Assembly: GCA_965655095.1 (NCBI GenBank) | Contig: OZ296651.1 | Span: 31,124,001 to 31,188,000 of the forward strand | Origin: Haplodiscus bocki | Taxonomy: Eukaryota | Reading direction: 5' to 3' | Length of the DNA: 64,000 nt | Shown: one piece after another, positions 39,576 to 51,700 of the stretch | Numbering within the stretch: position 1 is the stretch's first letter | Layout: the number at the start of each line of letters is the position of its first letter | The notes under the pieces: model-generated | What the model saw: only the letters and a program-made list of their open reading frames with translations | Databases searched by the model: none | What the model was told of the DNA's origin: nothing | Position numbers and translations under genes: made by a program

Positions 39576-42500
39576 TCATTCGGCAAGTTTTTATTTTGTG
39601 TGGCGGTCTTTGCTCTGATGAGCTTTCTTTTTTCTCAATCCATTTGATGTTCCTTGACTATTTGATGTTCCTTTTTAGGAAAAGTTGTTCTGAGACTACT
39701 GCCATTATTGCTTGCAGCCTTGTGACTCGATCAGTTGATGATTAATTTCGTTCCGATTCTCTTAATTACTCAAGTTTTTTCTGTGTGACTGTCTTTTTTT
39801 GAATTATCTTTTGGTTTTTCCTGTCATTTGATCTTGCTTGCTTACGTGATGTTCCGCTTAGAAAGAGGCTTTTCCCAGCTTCTTCCAAGCATTGGGTGAA
39901 CCCTGGTGCTTCGAGTAGTCAATGATCGACTCCGTTCTGAAACTTTTATTCGGCAAGTTTTTATTTTGTGTGGCGGTCTTTGCTCTGATGAGCTTTCTTT
40001 TTTCTCAATCCATTTGATGTTCCTTGACTATTTGATGTTCCTTTTTAGAAAAAGTTGTTCTGAGACTACTGCCATTTTTGCTTGAAGCCTTGTGACTCGA
40101 TCAGTCGATGATTAATTCCGTTCCGATTCTCTTAATTACTCAAGTTTTTTCTGTGTGACTGTCTTTGTTTGAATTATCTTTTGGTTTTTCCTGTCATTTG
40201 ATCTTGCTTGCTTACGTGATGTTCCGCTTAGAAAGAGGCTGTTCCCAGCTTCTTGCAAGCATTGGGTGGACCCTGGTGCTTCGAGTAGTCATTGATCGAC
40301 TCCGTTCCGAATCTTTTATTCGGCAAGTTTTTATTTTGTGTGGCATTCTTTGCTCTGATGAGCTTTCTTTTTTCTCAATCCATTTGATGTTCCTTGACTA
40401 TTTGATGTTCCGTTTTGGAAAAAGTTGTTCGCAGACTCCTGCCATTATTGCTTGAAGCCTTGTGACTCGATCAGTCGATGATTTATTCCCTTCCGATTCT
40501 TTCAATTACTCAAGTTTTTTCTGTGTGACTCTTTGTTTGAATTATCTTTTGGTTTTTCCTGTCATTTGATCTTGCTTGCTTACGTGATGTTCCGCTTAGA
40601 AAGAGGCTGTCCCCAGCTTCTTCCAAGCATTGGGTGAACCCTGGTGCTTCGAGTAGTCAATGATCGACTCCGTTCTGAATCTTTTATTCGGCAAGTTTTT
40701 ATTTTGTTTGGCGGTCTCTGCTCTGATGAGCTTTCTTTTTTCTCAATCCATTTGATGTTCCTTGACTATTTGATGTTCCTTTTTAGAAAAAGTTGTTCTG
40801 AGACTACTGCCACTATTGCTTGCAGGCTTGTGACTCGATCAGTCGATGATTAATTCCTTTCCGATTCTCTTGATTACTCAAGTTTTTTCTGTGTGACTCT
40901 TTGTTTGAATTATCTTTTGGTTTTTCCACTTATTTGATCTTGCTTGCTTACGTGATGTTCCGTTTAGAAAGAGGCTGTTCCCAGCTTCTTCCACGCATTG
41001 GGTGAACCCTGGTACTTCGAGTAGTCAATAATTAACTCCGCTTTTTTTGTTTTGACTCTGACCAGTTTTTTTTGTGTCGGTCTTCATTTGAATTAGTTTT
41101 TTTCCGACCCATTCGATCTTGCTTGTTTATCTGATGCTCCGTTCAAAAAGAGGCTGTTCCTAGGCTCCTACCACTAATGGGTGAACCCCGGTGGCTCGAG
41201 CAGTCAATGATTAACGCCGTTCTGATTCTTTTGAATTGTTTTGTCTGTGTCACTGTCATTATTTGAATGTGCTTTTGGTTTCTCCTCCCATTCGGCTTTG
41301 TCTGCTTACGTGAGGTGCCATTTGGAAAGAGGCTCTTCCGAGGCTCCTCCCATTAATGGGTAATCCCTGGTGCTTTGATTCGATTTCACATGTTTTGTCT
41401 GTGACGGTCTTTGTTTGAAAGAGCTTGTTTTTGGGCCCTTTCGTTTTTGCATGCATTCGTGATGTTCCCTTCAGGAAGATGCTGTTTTGGGGCTCCTTCA
41501 AGTAGTGGGTGAACCCTGGTGCTTCGACCAGTTAATGATCGACTCTGTTCTGAATCTTTTATTCGGCAAGTTTTTATTTTGTGTGGCGGTCGTTGCTCTG
41601 ATGAGCTTTCTTTTTTCTCAATCCATTTGATGTTCCTTGACTATTTGATGTTCCTTTTTAGGAAAAGTTGTTCTGTGACTACTGCCATTATTGCTTGCAG
41701 CCTTGTGACTCGATCAGTTGATGATTAATTCCGTTCCGATTCTCTTAATTACTCAAGTTTTTTCTGTGTGACTGTCTTTTTTTGAATTATCTTTTGGTTT
41801 TTCCTGTCATTTGATCTTGCTTGCTTACGTGATGTTCCGCTTAGAAAGAGGCTGTTCCCAGCTTCTTCCAAGCATTGGGTGAACCCTGGTGCTTCGAGTA
41901 GTCAATGATCGTTTCCGTTCTGAATCTTATATTCGGCAAGTTTTTATTTTGTGTGGCGGTCTTTGCTCTGATGAGCTTTCTTTTTTCTCAATCCATTTGA
42001 TGTTCCTTGACTATTTGATGTTCCTTTTTAGAAAAAGTTGTTCTGAGACTACTGCCATTGTTGCTTGCAGCCTTGTGACTCGATCAGTCAATGATTAATT
42101 CCGTTGCGATTCTCTTGATTACTCAAGTTTTTTCTGTGTGACTCTTTGTTTGAATTATCTTTTGGTTTTTCCTGTCATTCGATCTTGCTTGTTTATGTGA
42201 TGCTCTGTTCAAAAAGAGGCTGTTCCTAGGCTCCTCCTAGTGATAGGTGAACCCCGGTGGCTCGAGCAGTCAATGAATAACGCCGTTCTTATTCTTTTGA
42301 TATGTTTTGTCCTTGTCACCGTCATTATTTGAATGTGCTTTTGGTTTCTCCTCCCATTCGGCTTTGTCTGCTTACGTGAGGTGCCATTTGGAAAGAGTCT
42401 CTTCCGAGGCTCCTCCCAATAATGGGTAATCCCTGGTGCTTTGATTCGATTCCACATGTTTTGTCTGTGACGGTCTTTGATTGAAAGAGCTTGTTTTTGG

Positions 42501-45500
42501 GCCCTTTTGTTCTTGCATGTATTCGTGATGTGCCGTTCAGGAAGAGGCTGTTCTGATGCTTTTCCCAGCAATGGGCAACCCTGGTGTTTTGGTCAGTCAA
42601 TATTTAACTCCGCATGGATCTTTTTTCCCGACAAGTTTTCTCTTTATGTGGCGGTCTTTGCTCTATTGAGCTTAGTTTTTCTTGAGCCATTTGATCTTCA
42701 TTGACTTTTGGATGTTCCGTTTAGGAAAAGGTTGTTTCGAGACTCCTGTTAGAAGTGCTTGAAGCCTGGTACCTGGATCAGTCAGTGAATAACTTTGCTG
42801 ATTCGTTTCTCTTGACAAGTTTTGTCTGTGTGACCGTCTTTATTCGATTTAACTTTTGATTTTTGCACTCATTTGGTCTTCCTTGCTTACGTGATGTTCC
42901 GTTTAGAAAGAAGATGTTTCCAGGTTCTTCCAAGCAAAGTGTGGACACTGTTGCTTCGAGTAGTCAATGGTTAACTACACTTTTTTCTTTTATTCTCACT
43001 TTGACCAGTTTTTGTGTGACGGTCTTCATTTGATTTGGTTTTTTTTCAGCCCATTCGATCTTGTTCGTTTACATGATTTTCCACTTAGAAAGAGGCTCTG
43101 CCGAGGCTCCTACTAGTGTTGGATTGTCTCTGGTGTTTTGATTCAATTTCACAAGTTTTCTGTGTGACGGCCTTTGTTTGGAAGAGCTTGGTTTTGGGCA
43201 GTTTTGATTTTGCATGTATTCGTGATGTTCCCTTCAGGGAGATGCTGTTTTGGGGCTCCTCCCAGCAGTGGGTGAACCCTGGTGCTTCGGCCAGTTAATG
43301 ACCGACTCCGTTCTGAATGTTTTGTTCAATAGTTTTTTTTTGTGTGGCGGTCTCTGCTCTGATGAGCTTTCTTTTTTCTCAATCCATTTGATGTTCCTTG
43401 ACTATTTGATGTTCCTTTTTAGGAAAAGTTGTTCTGAGACTACGGCCATTATTGCTTGCAGCCTTGTGACTCGATCAGTCGATGATTAATTCCGTTCCGA
43501 TTCTCTTGATTACTCAAGTTTTTTCTGTGTGACTCTTTGTTTGAATTATCTTTTGGTTTTTCCACTTATTTGATCTTGCTTGCTTACGTGATGTTCCGTT
43601 TAGAAAGAGGCTGTTTCCAGCTTCTTCCAAGCATTGGGTTAACCCTGGTACTTCGAGTAGTCAATGATTAACTCCGCTTTTTTGTTTTGACTCTGACCAG
43701 TTTTTTGTGTGACGGTCTTCATTTGAATTAGCTTTCTTCTGACCCATTCGATTTTGCTTGTTTATGTGATGCTCTGTTCAAAAAGAGGCTGTTCCTAGGC
43801 TCCTCCCAGTGATAGGTGAACCCCGGTGGCTCGAGCAGTCAATGAATAACGCCGTTCTTATTCTTTTGATATGTTTTGTCCTTGTCACCGTCATTATTTG
43901 AATGTGCTTTTGGTTTCTCCTCCCATTCGGCTTTGTCTGCTTACGTGAGGTGCCATTTGGAAAGAGTCTCTTCCGAGGCTCCTCCCAATAATGGGTAATC
44001 CCTGGTGCTTTGATTCGATTCCACATGTTTTGTCTGTGACGGTCTTTGATTGAAAGAGCTTGTTTTTGGGCCCTTTTGTTCTTGCATGTATTCGTGATGT
44101 GCCGTTCAGGAAGAGGCTGTTCTGATGCTTTTCCCAGCAATGGGCAACCCTGGTGTTTTGGTCAGTCAATATTTAACTCCGCATGGATCTTTTTTCCCGA
44201 CAAGTTTTCTCTTTATGTGGCGGTCTTTGCTCTATTGAGCTTAGTTTTTTCTTGAGCCATTTGATCTTCATTGACTTTTGGATGTTCCGTTTAGGAAAAG
44301 GTTGTTTCGAGACTCCTGTTAGAAGTGCTTGAAGCCTGGTACCTGGATCAGTCAGTGAATAACTTTGCTGATTCGTTTCTCTTGACAAGTTTTGTCTGTG
44401 TGACCGTCTTTATTCGATTTAACTTTTGATTTTTGCACTCATTTGGTCTTCCTTGCTTACGTGATGTTCCGTTTAGAAAGAAGATGTTTCCAGGTTCTTC
44501 CAAGCAAAGTGTGGACACTGTTGCTTCGAGTAGTCAATGGTTAACTACACTTTTTTCTTTTATTCTCACTTTGACCAGTTTTTGTGTGACGGTCTTCATT
44601 TGATTTGGTTTTTTTTTCAGCCCATTCGATCTTGTTCGTTTACGTGATTTTCCACTTAGAAAGAGGCTCTGCCGAGGCTCCTACTAGTGTTGGATTGTCT
44701 CTGGTGTTTTGATTCAATTTCACAAGTTTTCTGTGTGACGGCCTTTGTTTGGAAGAGCTTGGTTTTGGGCAGTTTTGATTTTGCATGTATTCGTGATGTT
44801 CCCTTCAGGGAGATGCTGTTTTGGGGCTCCTCCCAGCAGTGGGTGAACCCTGGTGCTTCGGCCAGTTAATGACCGACTCCGTTCTGAATGTTTTGTTCAA
44901 TAGTTTTTTTTTTGTGTGGCGGTCTCTGCTCTGATGAGCTTTCTTTTTTCTCAATCCATTTGATGTTCCTTGACTATTTGATGTTCCTTTTTAGGAAAAG
45001 TTGTTCTGAGACTACGGCCATTATTGCTTGCAGCCTTGTGACTCGATCAGTCGATGATTAATTCCGTTCCGATTCTCTTGATTACTCAAGTTTTTTCTGT
45101 GTGACTCTTTGTTTGAATTATCTTTTGGTTTTTCCACTTATTTGATCTTGCTTGCTTACGTGATGTTCCGTTTAGAAAGAGGCTGTTCCCAGCTTCTTCC
45201 AAGCATTGGGTGAACCCTGGTGCTTCGAGTAGTCAATGATCGTTTCCGTTCTGAATCTTATATTCGGCAAGTTTTTTTTTGTGTGTGGCGGTTTTTGCTC
45301 TGATGAGCTTTCTTTTTTCTCAATCCATTTGATGTTACTTGACTATTTGATGTTCCGTTTTGGAAAAAGTTGTTCGCAGACTCCTGCCATTATTGCTTGA
45401 AGCCTTGTGACTCGATCAGTCGATGATTAATTCCCTTCCGGTTCTTTTAATTACTCAAGTTTTTTCTGTGTGACTGTCTTTGTTTGATTTATCTTATGGT

Positions 45501-48500
45501 TTTTCCACTCATTTGATCTTGCTTGCTTATGTGATGTTCCGCTTAGAAAGAGGCTGTTCTCAGCTTCTTCCAAGCATTGGGTGAACACTGGTACTTCGAA
45601 TAGTCAATAATTAACTCCGCTTTTTTTGTTTTGACTCTGACCAGTTTTTTGTGTGTCGGTCTTCATTTGAATTAGCTTTTTTCCGACCCATTCGATCTTG
45701 CTTGTTTATCTGATGCTCCGTTCAAAAAGAGGCTGTTCCTAGGCTCCTCCCACTAATGGGTGAACCCCGGTGGCTCGAGCAGTCAATGATTAACGCCGTT
45801 CTGATTCTTTTGAATTGTTTTGTCTGTGTCACTGTCATTATTTGAATGTGCTTTTGGTTTCTCCTCCCATTCGGCTTGGTCTGCTTACGTGAGGTGCCAT
45901 TTGGAAAGAGGCTCTTCCGAGGCTCCTCCCAATAATGGGTAATCCCTGGTGCTTTGATTCGATTTCACATGTTTTGTCTGTTTCGGTCTTTGTTTGAAAG
46001 AGCTTGTTTTTGGGCCCTTTTGTTTTGCATCCATTCGTGATGTTCCCTTCAGGAAGATGCTGTTTTGGGGTTCCTTCCAGTAGTGGGTGAACCCTGGCGC
46101 TTCGACCAGTTAATGATCGACTCCGTTCTGAATCTTTTATTCGGCAAGTTTTTATTTTGTGTGGCGGTCTTTGCTCTGATGAGCTTTCTTTTTTCTCAAT
46201 CCATTTGATGTTCCTTGACTATTTGATGTTCCTTTTTGGAAAAAGTTGTTCTGAGACTACTGCCATTGTTGCTTGCAGCCTTGTGACTCGATCAGTCGAT
46301 GATTAATTCCGTTCCGATTCTCTTGATTACTCAAGTTTTTTCTGTGTGACTCTTTGTTTGAATTATCTTTTGGTTTTTCCTGTCATTTGATCTTGCTTGC
46401 TTACGTGATGTTCCGTTCAGAAAGAGGCTGTTTCCAGCTTCTTCCAAGCATTGGGTTAACCCTGGTACTTCGAGTAGTCAATGATTAACTCCGCTTTTTT
46501 GTTTTGACTCTGACCAGTTTTTTGTGTGACGGTCTTCATTTGAATTAGCTTTCTTCTGACCCATTCGATCTTGCTTGTTTATGTGATGCTCTGTTCAAAT
46601 AGAGGCTGTTCCTAGGCTCCTCCTAGTGATAGGTGAACCCCGGTGGCTCGAGCAGTCAATGAATAACGCCGTTCTTATTCTTTTGATATGTTTTGTCCTT
46701 GTCACCGTCATTATTTGAATGTGCTTTTGGTTTCTCCTCCCATTCGGCTTTGTCTGCTTACGTGAGGTGCTATTTGGAAAGAGGCTCTTCCGAGGCTCCT
46801 CCCATTAATGGGTAATCCCTGGTGCTTTGATTCGATTTCACATGTTTTGTCTGTGACGGTCTTTGTTTGAAAGAGCTTGTTTTTGGGCCCTTTTGTTTTG
46901 CATCCATTCGTGATGTTCCCTTCAGGAAGATGCTGCTTTGGGGCTCCTTCCAGTAGTGGGTGAACCCTGGCGCTTCGACCAGTTAATGATCGACTCCGTT
47001 CTGAATCTTTTATTCGGCAAGTTTTTATTTTGTGTGGCGGTCTTTGCTCTGATGAGCTTTCTTTTTTCTCAATCCATTTGATGTTCCTTGACTATTTGAT
47101 GTTCCTTTTTAGAAAAAGTTGTTCTGAGACTACTGCCATTGTTGCTTGCAGCCTTGTGACTCGATCAGTCGATGATTAATTCCGTTCCGATTCTCTTAAT
47201 TACTCAAGTTTTTTCTGTGTGACTGTCTTTTTTTGAATTATCTTTTGGTTTTTCCTGTCATTTGATCTTGCTTGCTTACGTGATGTTCCGCTTAGAAAGA
47301 GGCTGTTCCCAGCTTCTTCCAAGCATTGGGTGAACCCTGGTGCTTCGAGTAGTCAATGATCGTTTCCGTTCTGAATCTTATATTCGGCAAGTTTTTATTT
47401 TGTGTGGCGGTCTTTGCTCTGATGAGCTTTCTTTTTTCTCAATCCATTTGATGTTCCTTGACTATTTGATGTTCCTTTTTAGAAAAAGTTGTTCTGAGAC
47501 TACTGCCATTGTTGCTTGCAGCCTTGTGACTCGATCAGTCGATGATTAATTCCGTTCCGATTCTCTTAATTACTCAAGTTTTTTCTGTGTGACTGTCTTT
47601 GTTTGAATTATCTTTTGGTTTTTCCACTCATTTGATCTTGCTTGCTTATGTGATGTTCCGCTTCGAAAGAGGCTGTTCTCAGCTTCTTCCAAGCATTGGG
47701 TGAACCCTGGTACTTCGAGTAGTCAATAATTAACTCCGCTTTTTTTGTTTTGACTCTTACCAGTTTTTTGTGTGTCGGTCTTCATTTGAATTAGCTTTTT
47801 TCCGACCCATTCGATCTTGCTTGTTTATCTGATGCTCCGTTCAAAAAGAGGCTGTTCCTAGGCTCCTCCCACTAATGGGTGAACCCCGGTGGCTCGAGCA
47901 GTCAATGATTAACGCCGTTCTGATTCTTTTGAATTGTTTTGTCTGTGTCACTCTCATTATTTGAATGTGCTTTTTGTTTCTCCTCCCATTCGGCTTTGTC
48001 TGCTTACGTGAGGTGCCATTTGGAAAGAGGCTCTTCCGAGCCTCCTCCCAATAATGGGTAATCCCTGGTGCTTTGATTCGATTTCACATGTTTTGTCTGT
48101 GACGGTCTTTGTTTGAAAGAGCTTGTTTTTGGGCCCTTTTGTTTTGCATCCATTCGTGATGTTCCCTTCAGGAAGATGCTGCTTTGGGGCTCCTTCCAGT
48201 AGTGGGTGAACCCTGGCGCTTCGACCAGTTAATGATCGACTGCGTTCTGAATCTTTTATTCGGCAAGTTTTTATTTTGTGTGGCGGTCTTTGCTCTGATG
48301 AGCTTTCTTTTTTCTCAATCCATTTGATGTTCCTTGACTATTTGATGTTCCTTTTTAGAAAAAGTTGTTCTGAGACTACTGCCATTGTTGCTTGCAGCCT
48401 TGTGACTCGATCAGTCGATGATTAATTCCGTTCCGATTCTCTTGATTACTCAAGTTTTTTCTGTGTGACTCTTTGTTTGAATTATCTTTTGGTTTTTCCT

Positions 48501-50094
48501 GTCATTTGATCTTGCTTGCTTACGTGATGTTCCGTTCAGAAAGAGGCTGTTTCCAGCTTCTTCCAAGCATTGGGTTAACCCTGGTACTTCGAGTAGTCAA
48601 TGATTAACTCCGCTTTTTTGTTTTGACTCTGACAAGTTTTTTGTGTGACGGTCTTCATTTGAATTAGCTTTCTTCTGACCCATTCGATCTTGCTTGTTTA
48701 TATGATGCTCTGTTCAAAAAGAGGCTGTTCCTAGGCTCCTCCCAGTGATGGGTGAACCCCGGTGGCTCGAGCAGTCAATGAATAACGCCGTTCTTTTTCT
48801 TTTGATATGTTTTGTCCTTGTCACCGTCATTATTTGAATGTGCTTTTGGTTTCTCCTCCCATTCGGCTTTGTCTGCTTACGTGAGGTGCCATTTGGAAAG
48901 AGTCTCTTCCGAGGCTCCTCCCAATAATGGGTAATCCCTGGTGCTTTGATTCGATTCCACATGTTTTGTCTGTGACGGTCTTTGATTGAAAGAGCTTGTT
49001 TTTGGGCCCTTTTGTTCTTGCATGTATTCGTGATGTGCCGTTCAGGAAGAGGCTGTTCTGATGCTTTTCCCAGCAATGGGCAACCCTGGTGTTTTGGTCA
49101 GTCAATATTTAACTCCGCATGGATCTTTTTTCCCGACAAGTTTTCTCTTTATGTGGCGGTCTTTGCTCTATTGAGCTTAGTTTTTTCTTGAGCCATTTGA
49201 TCTTCATTGACTTTTGGATGTTCCGTTTAGGAAAAGGTTGTTTCGAGACTCCTGTTAGAAGTGCTTGAAGCCTGGTACCTGGATCAGTCAGTGAATAACT
49301 TTGCTGATTCGTTTCTCTTGACAAGTTTTGTCTGTGTGACCGTCTTTATTCGATTTAACTTTTGATTTTTGCACTCATTTGGTCTTCCTTGCTTACGTGA
49401 TGTTCCGTTTAGAAAGAAGATGTTTCCAGGTTCTTCCAAGCAAAGTGTGGACACTGTTGCTTCGAGTAGTCAATGGTTAACTACACTTTTTTCTTTTATT
49501 CTCACTTTGACCAGTTTTTGTGTGACGGTCTTCATTTGATTTGGTTTTTTTTTCAGCCCATTCGATCTTGTTCGTTTACGTGATTTTCCACTTAGAAAGA
49601 GGCTCTGCCGAGGCTCCTACTAGTGTTGGATTGTCTCTGGTGTTTTGATTCAATTTCACAAGTTTTCTGTGTGACGGCCTTTGTTTGGAAGAGCTTGGTT
49701 TTGGGCAGTTTTGATTTTGCATGTATTCGTGATGTTCCCTTCAGGGAGATGCTGTTTTGGGGCTCCTCCCAGCAGTGGGTGAACCCTGGTGCTTCGGCCA
49801 GTTAATGACCGACTCCGTTCTGAATGTTTTGTTCAATAGTTTTTTTTTTGTGTGGCGGTCTCTGCTCTGATGAGCTTTCTTTTTTCTCAATCCATTTGAT
49901 GTTCCTTGACTATTTGATGTTCCTTTTTAGGAAAAGTTGTTCTGAGACTACGGCCATTATTGCTTGCAGCCTTGTGACTCGATCAGTCGATGATTAATTC
50001 CGTTCCGATTCTCTTGATTACTCAAGTTTTTTCTGTGTGACTCTTTGTTTGAATTATCTTTTGGTTTTTCCACTTATTTGATCTTGCTTGCTTA

Positions 50095-51700
50095 CGTGAT
50101 GTTCCGTTTAGAAAGAGGCTGTTCCCAGCTTCTTCCAAGCATTGGGTGAACCCTGGTGCTTCGAGTAGTCAATGATTAACTCCACTTTTCTTTTAGTCTC
50201 ACTTTGACCAATTACACAACTTTTTGTGTGACGGTCTTCATTTGAATTAGCTTTTTTTGGACCCATTCGATCTTGCTTGTTTACGTGATATTTCACTTAG
50301 AAAGAAGTTCTTCCGAGGCGCCTACTAGTTTTGGAAAATCCTTGGTGTTTTGATTCAATTTCACAAGTTCTCTGTGTGACGGCCTTTGTTTGAAAGAGCT
50401 TGTTTTCATGCCCTTTTGATTTTGCATGCATTCGTGGTGTTCCGTTCAGAAAGAGGCTGTTCTGAGGCTCCTCCTAGCAGTGGGTGAACCCTGGTGCTTC
50501 GACCAGTCAGTGATCGACTCCGTTCTAAATCTTTTATTGGGCAACTTTATGTGGCGGTCTCTGCTCTGATGAGTTTTATTTTTTCTTGATCCATTTGATG
50601 TTCTTTGACTATTTGATGTTCCGTTTTGGAAAAAGTTGTTGGCAGACTCCTGCCATTATTGCTTGAAGCCTTGTGACTCGATCAGTCGATGATTAATTCC
50701 GTCCCGATTCTTTAAATTATCGCAAGTTTTTTCTGTGTGACTGTCTTTTTTTGAATTATCTTTTGGTTTTTCCACTCATTTGCTCTTGCTCGCATACGTG
50801 ATGTTCCGTTTAGAAAGAGGCTGTTCCCAGCTTCTTCCAAGCATTGGGTGAACCCTGGTGCTTCGAGTAGTCAATGATTAACTCCACTTTTCTTTTAGTC
50901 CCACTTTGACCAATTACACAACTTTTTGTGTGACGGTCTTCATTTGAATTAGCTTTTTTTGGACCCATTCGATCTTGCTTGTTTACGTGATATTTCACTT
51001 AGAAAGAAGTTCTTCCGAGGCGCCTACTAGTTTTGGAAAATCCTTGGTGTTTTGATTCAATTTCACAAGTTCTCTGTGTGACGGCCTTTGTTTGAAAGAG
51101 CTTGTTTTCATGCCCTTTTGATTTTGCATGCATTCGTGGTGTTCCGTTCAGAAAGAGGCTGTTCTGAGGCTCCTCCTAGCAGTGGGTGAACCCTGGTGCT
51201 TCGACCAGTCAGTGATCGACTCCGTTCTAAATCTTTTATTGGGCAACTTTATGTGGCGGTCTCTGCTCTGATGAGTTTTATTTTTTCTTGATCCATTTGA
51301 TGTTCTTTGACTATTTGATGTTCCGTTTTGGAAAAAGTTGTTGGCAGACTCCTGCCATTATTGCTTGAAGCCTTGTGACTCGATCAGTCGATGATTAATT
51401 CCGTCCCGATTCTTTAAATTATCGCAAGTTTTTTCTGTGTGACTGTCTTTTTTTGAATTATCTTTTGGTTTTTCCACTCATTTGCTCTTGCTCGCATACG
51501 TGATGTTCCGTTTAGAAAGAGGCTGTTCCCAGCTTCTTCCAAGCATTGGGTGAACCCTGGTGCTTCGAGTAGTCAATGATTAACTCCACTTTTCTTTTAG
51601 TCCCACTTTGACCAATTACACAACTTTTTGTGTGACGGTCTTCATTTGAATTAGCTTTTTTTGGACCCATTCGATCTTGCTTGTTTACGTGATATTTAAC
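50095..51700. repeat. 702-bp tetramer higher-order repeat (~2.3 copies, with a further related copy near 53.0-53.7 kb)
   Basis: CGCATACGTGATG with the anchor at 50798 and 51500; the private insertion CCAATTACACAAC occurs three times. Confidence 0.82.
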
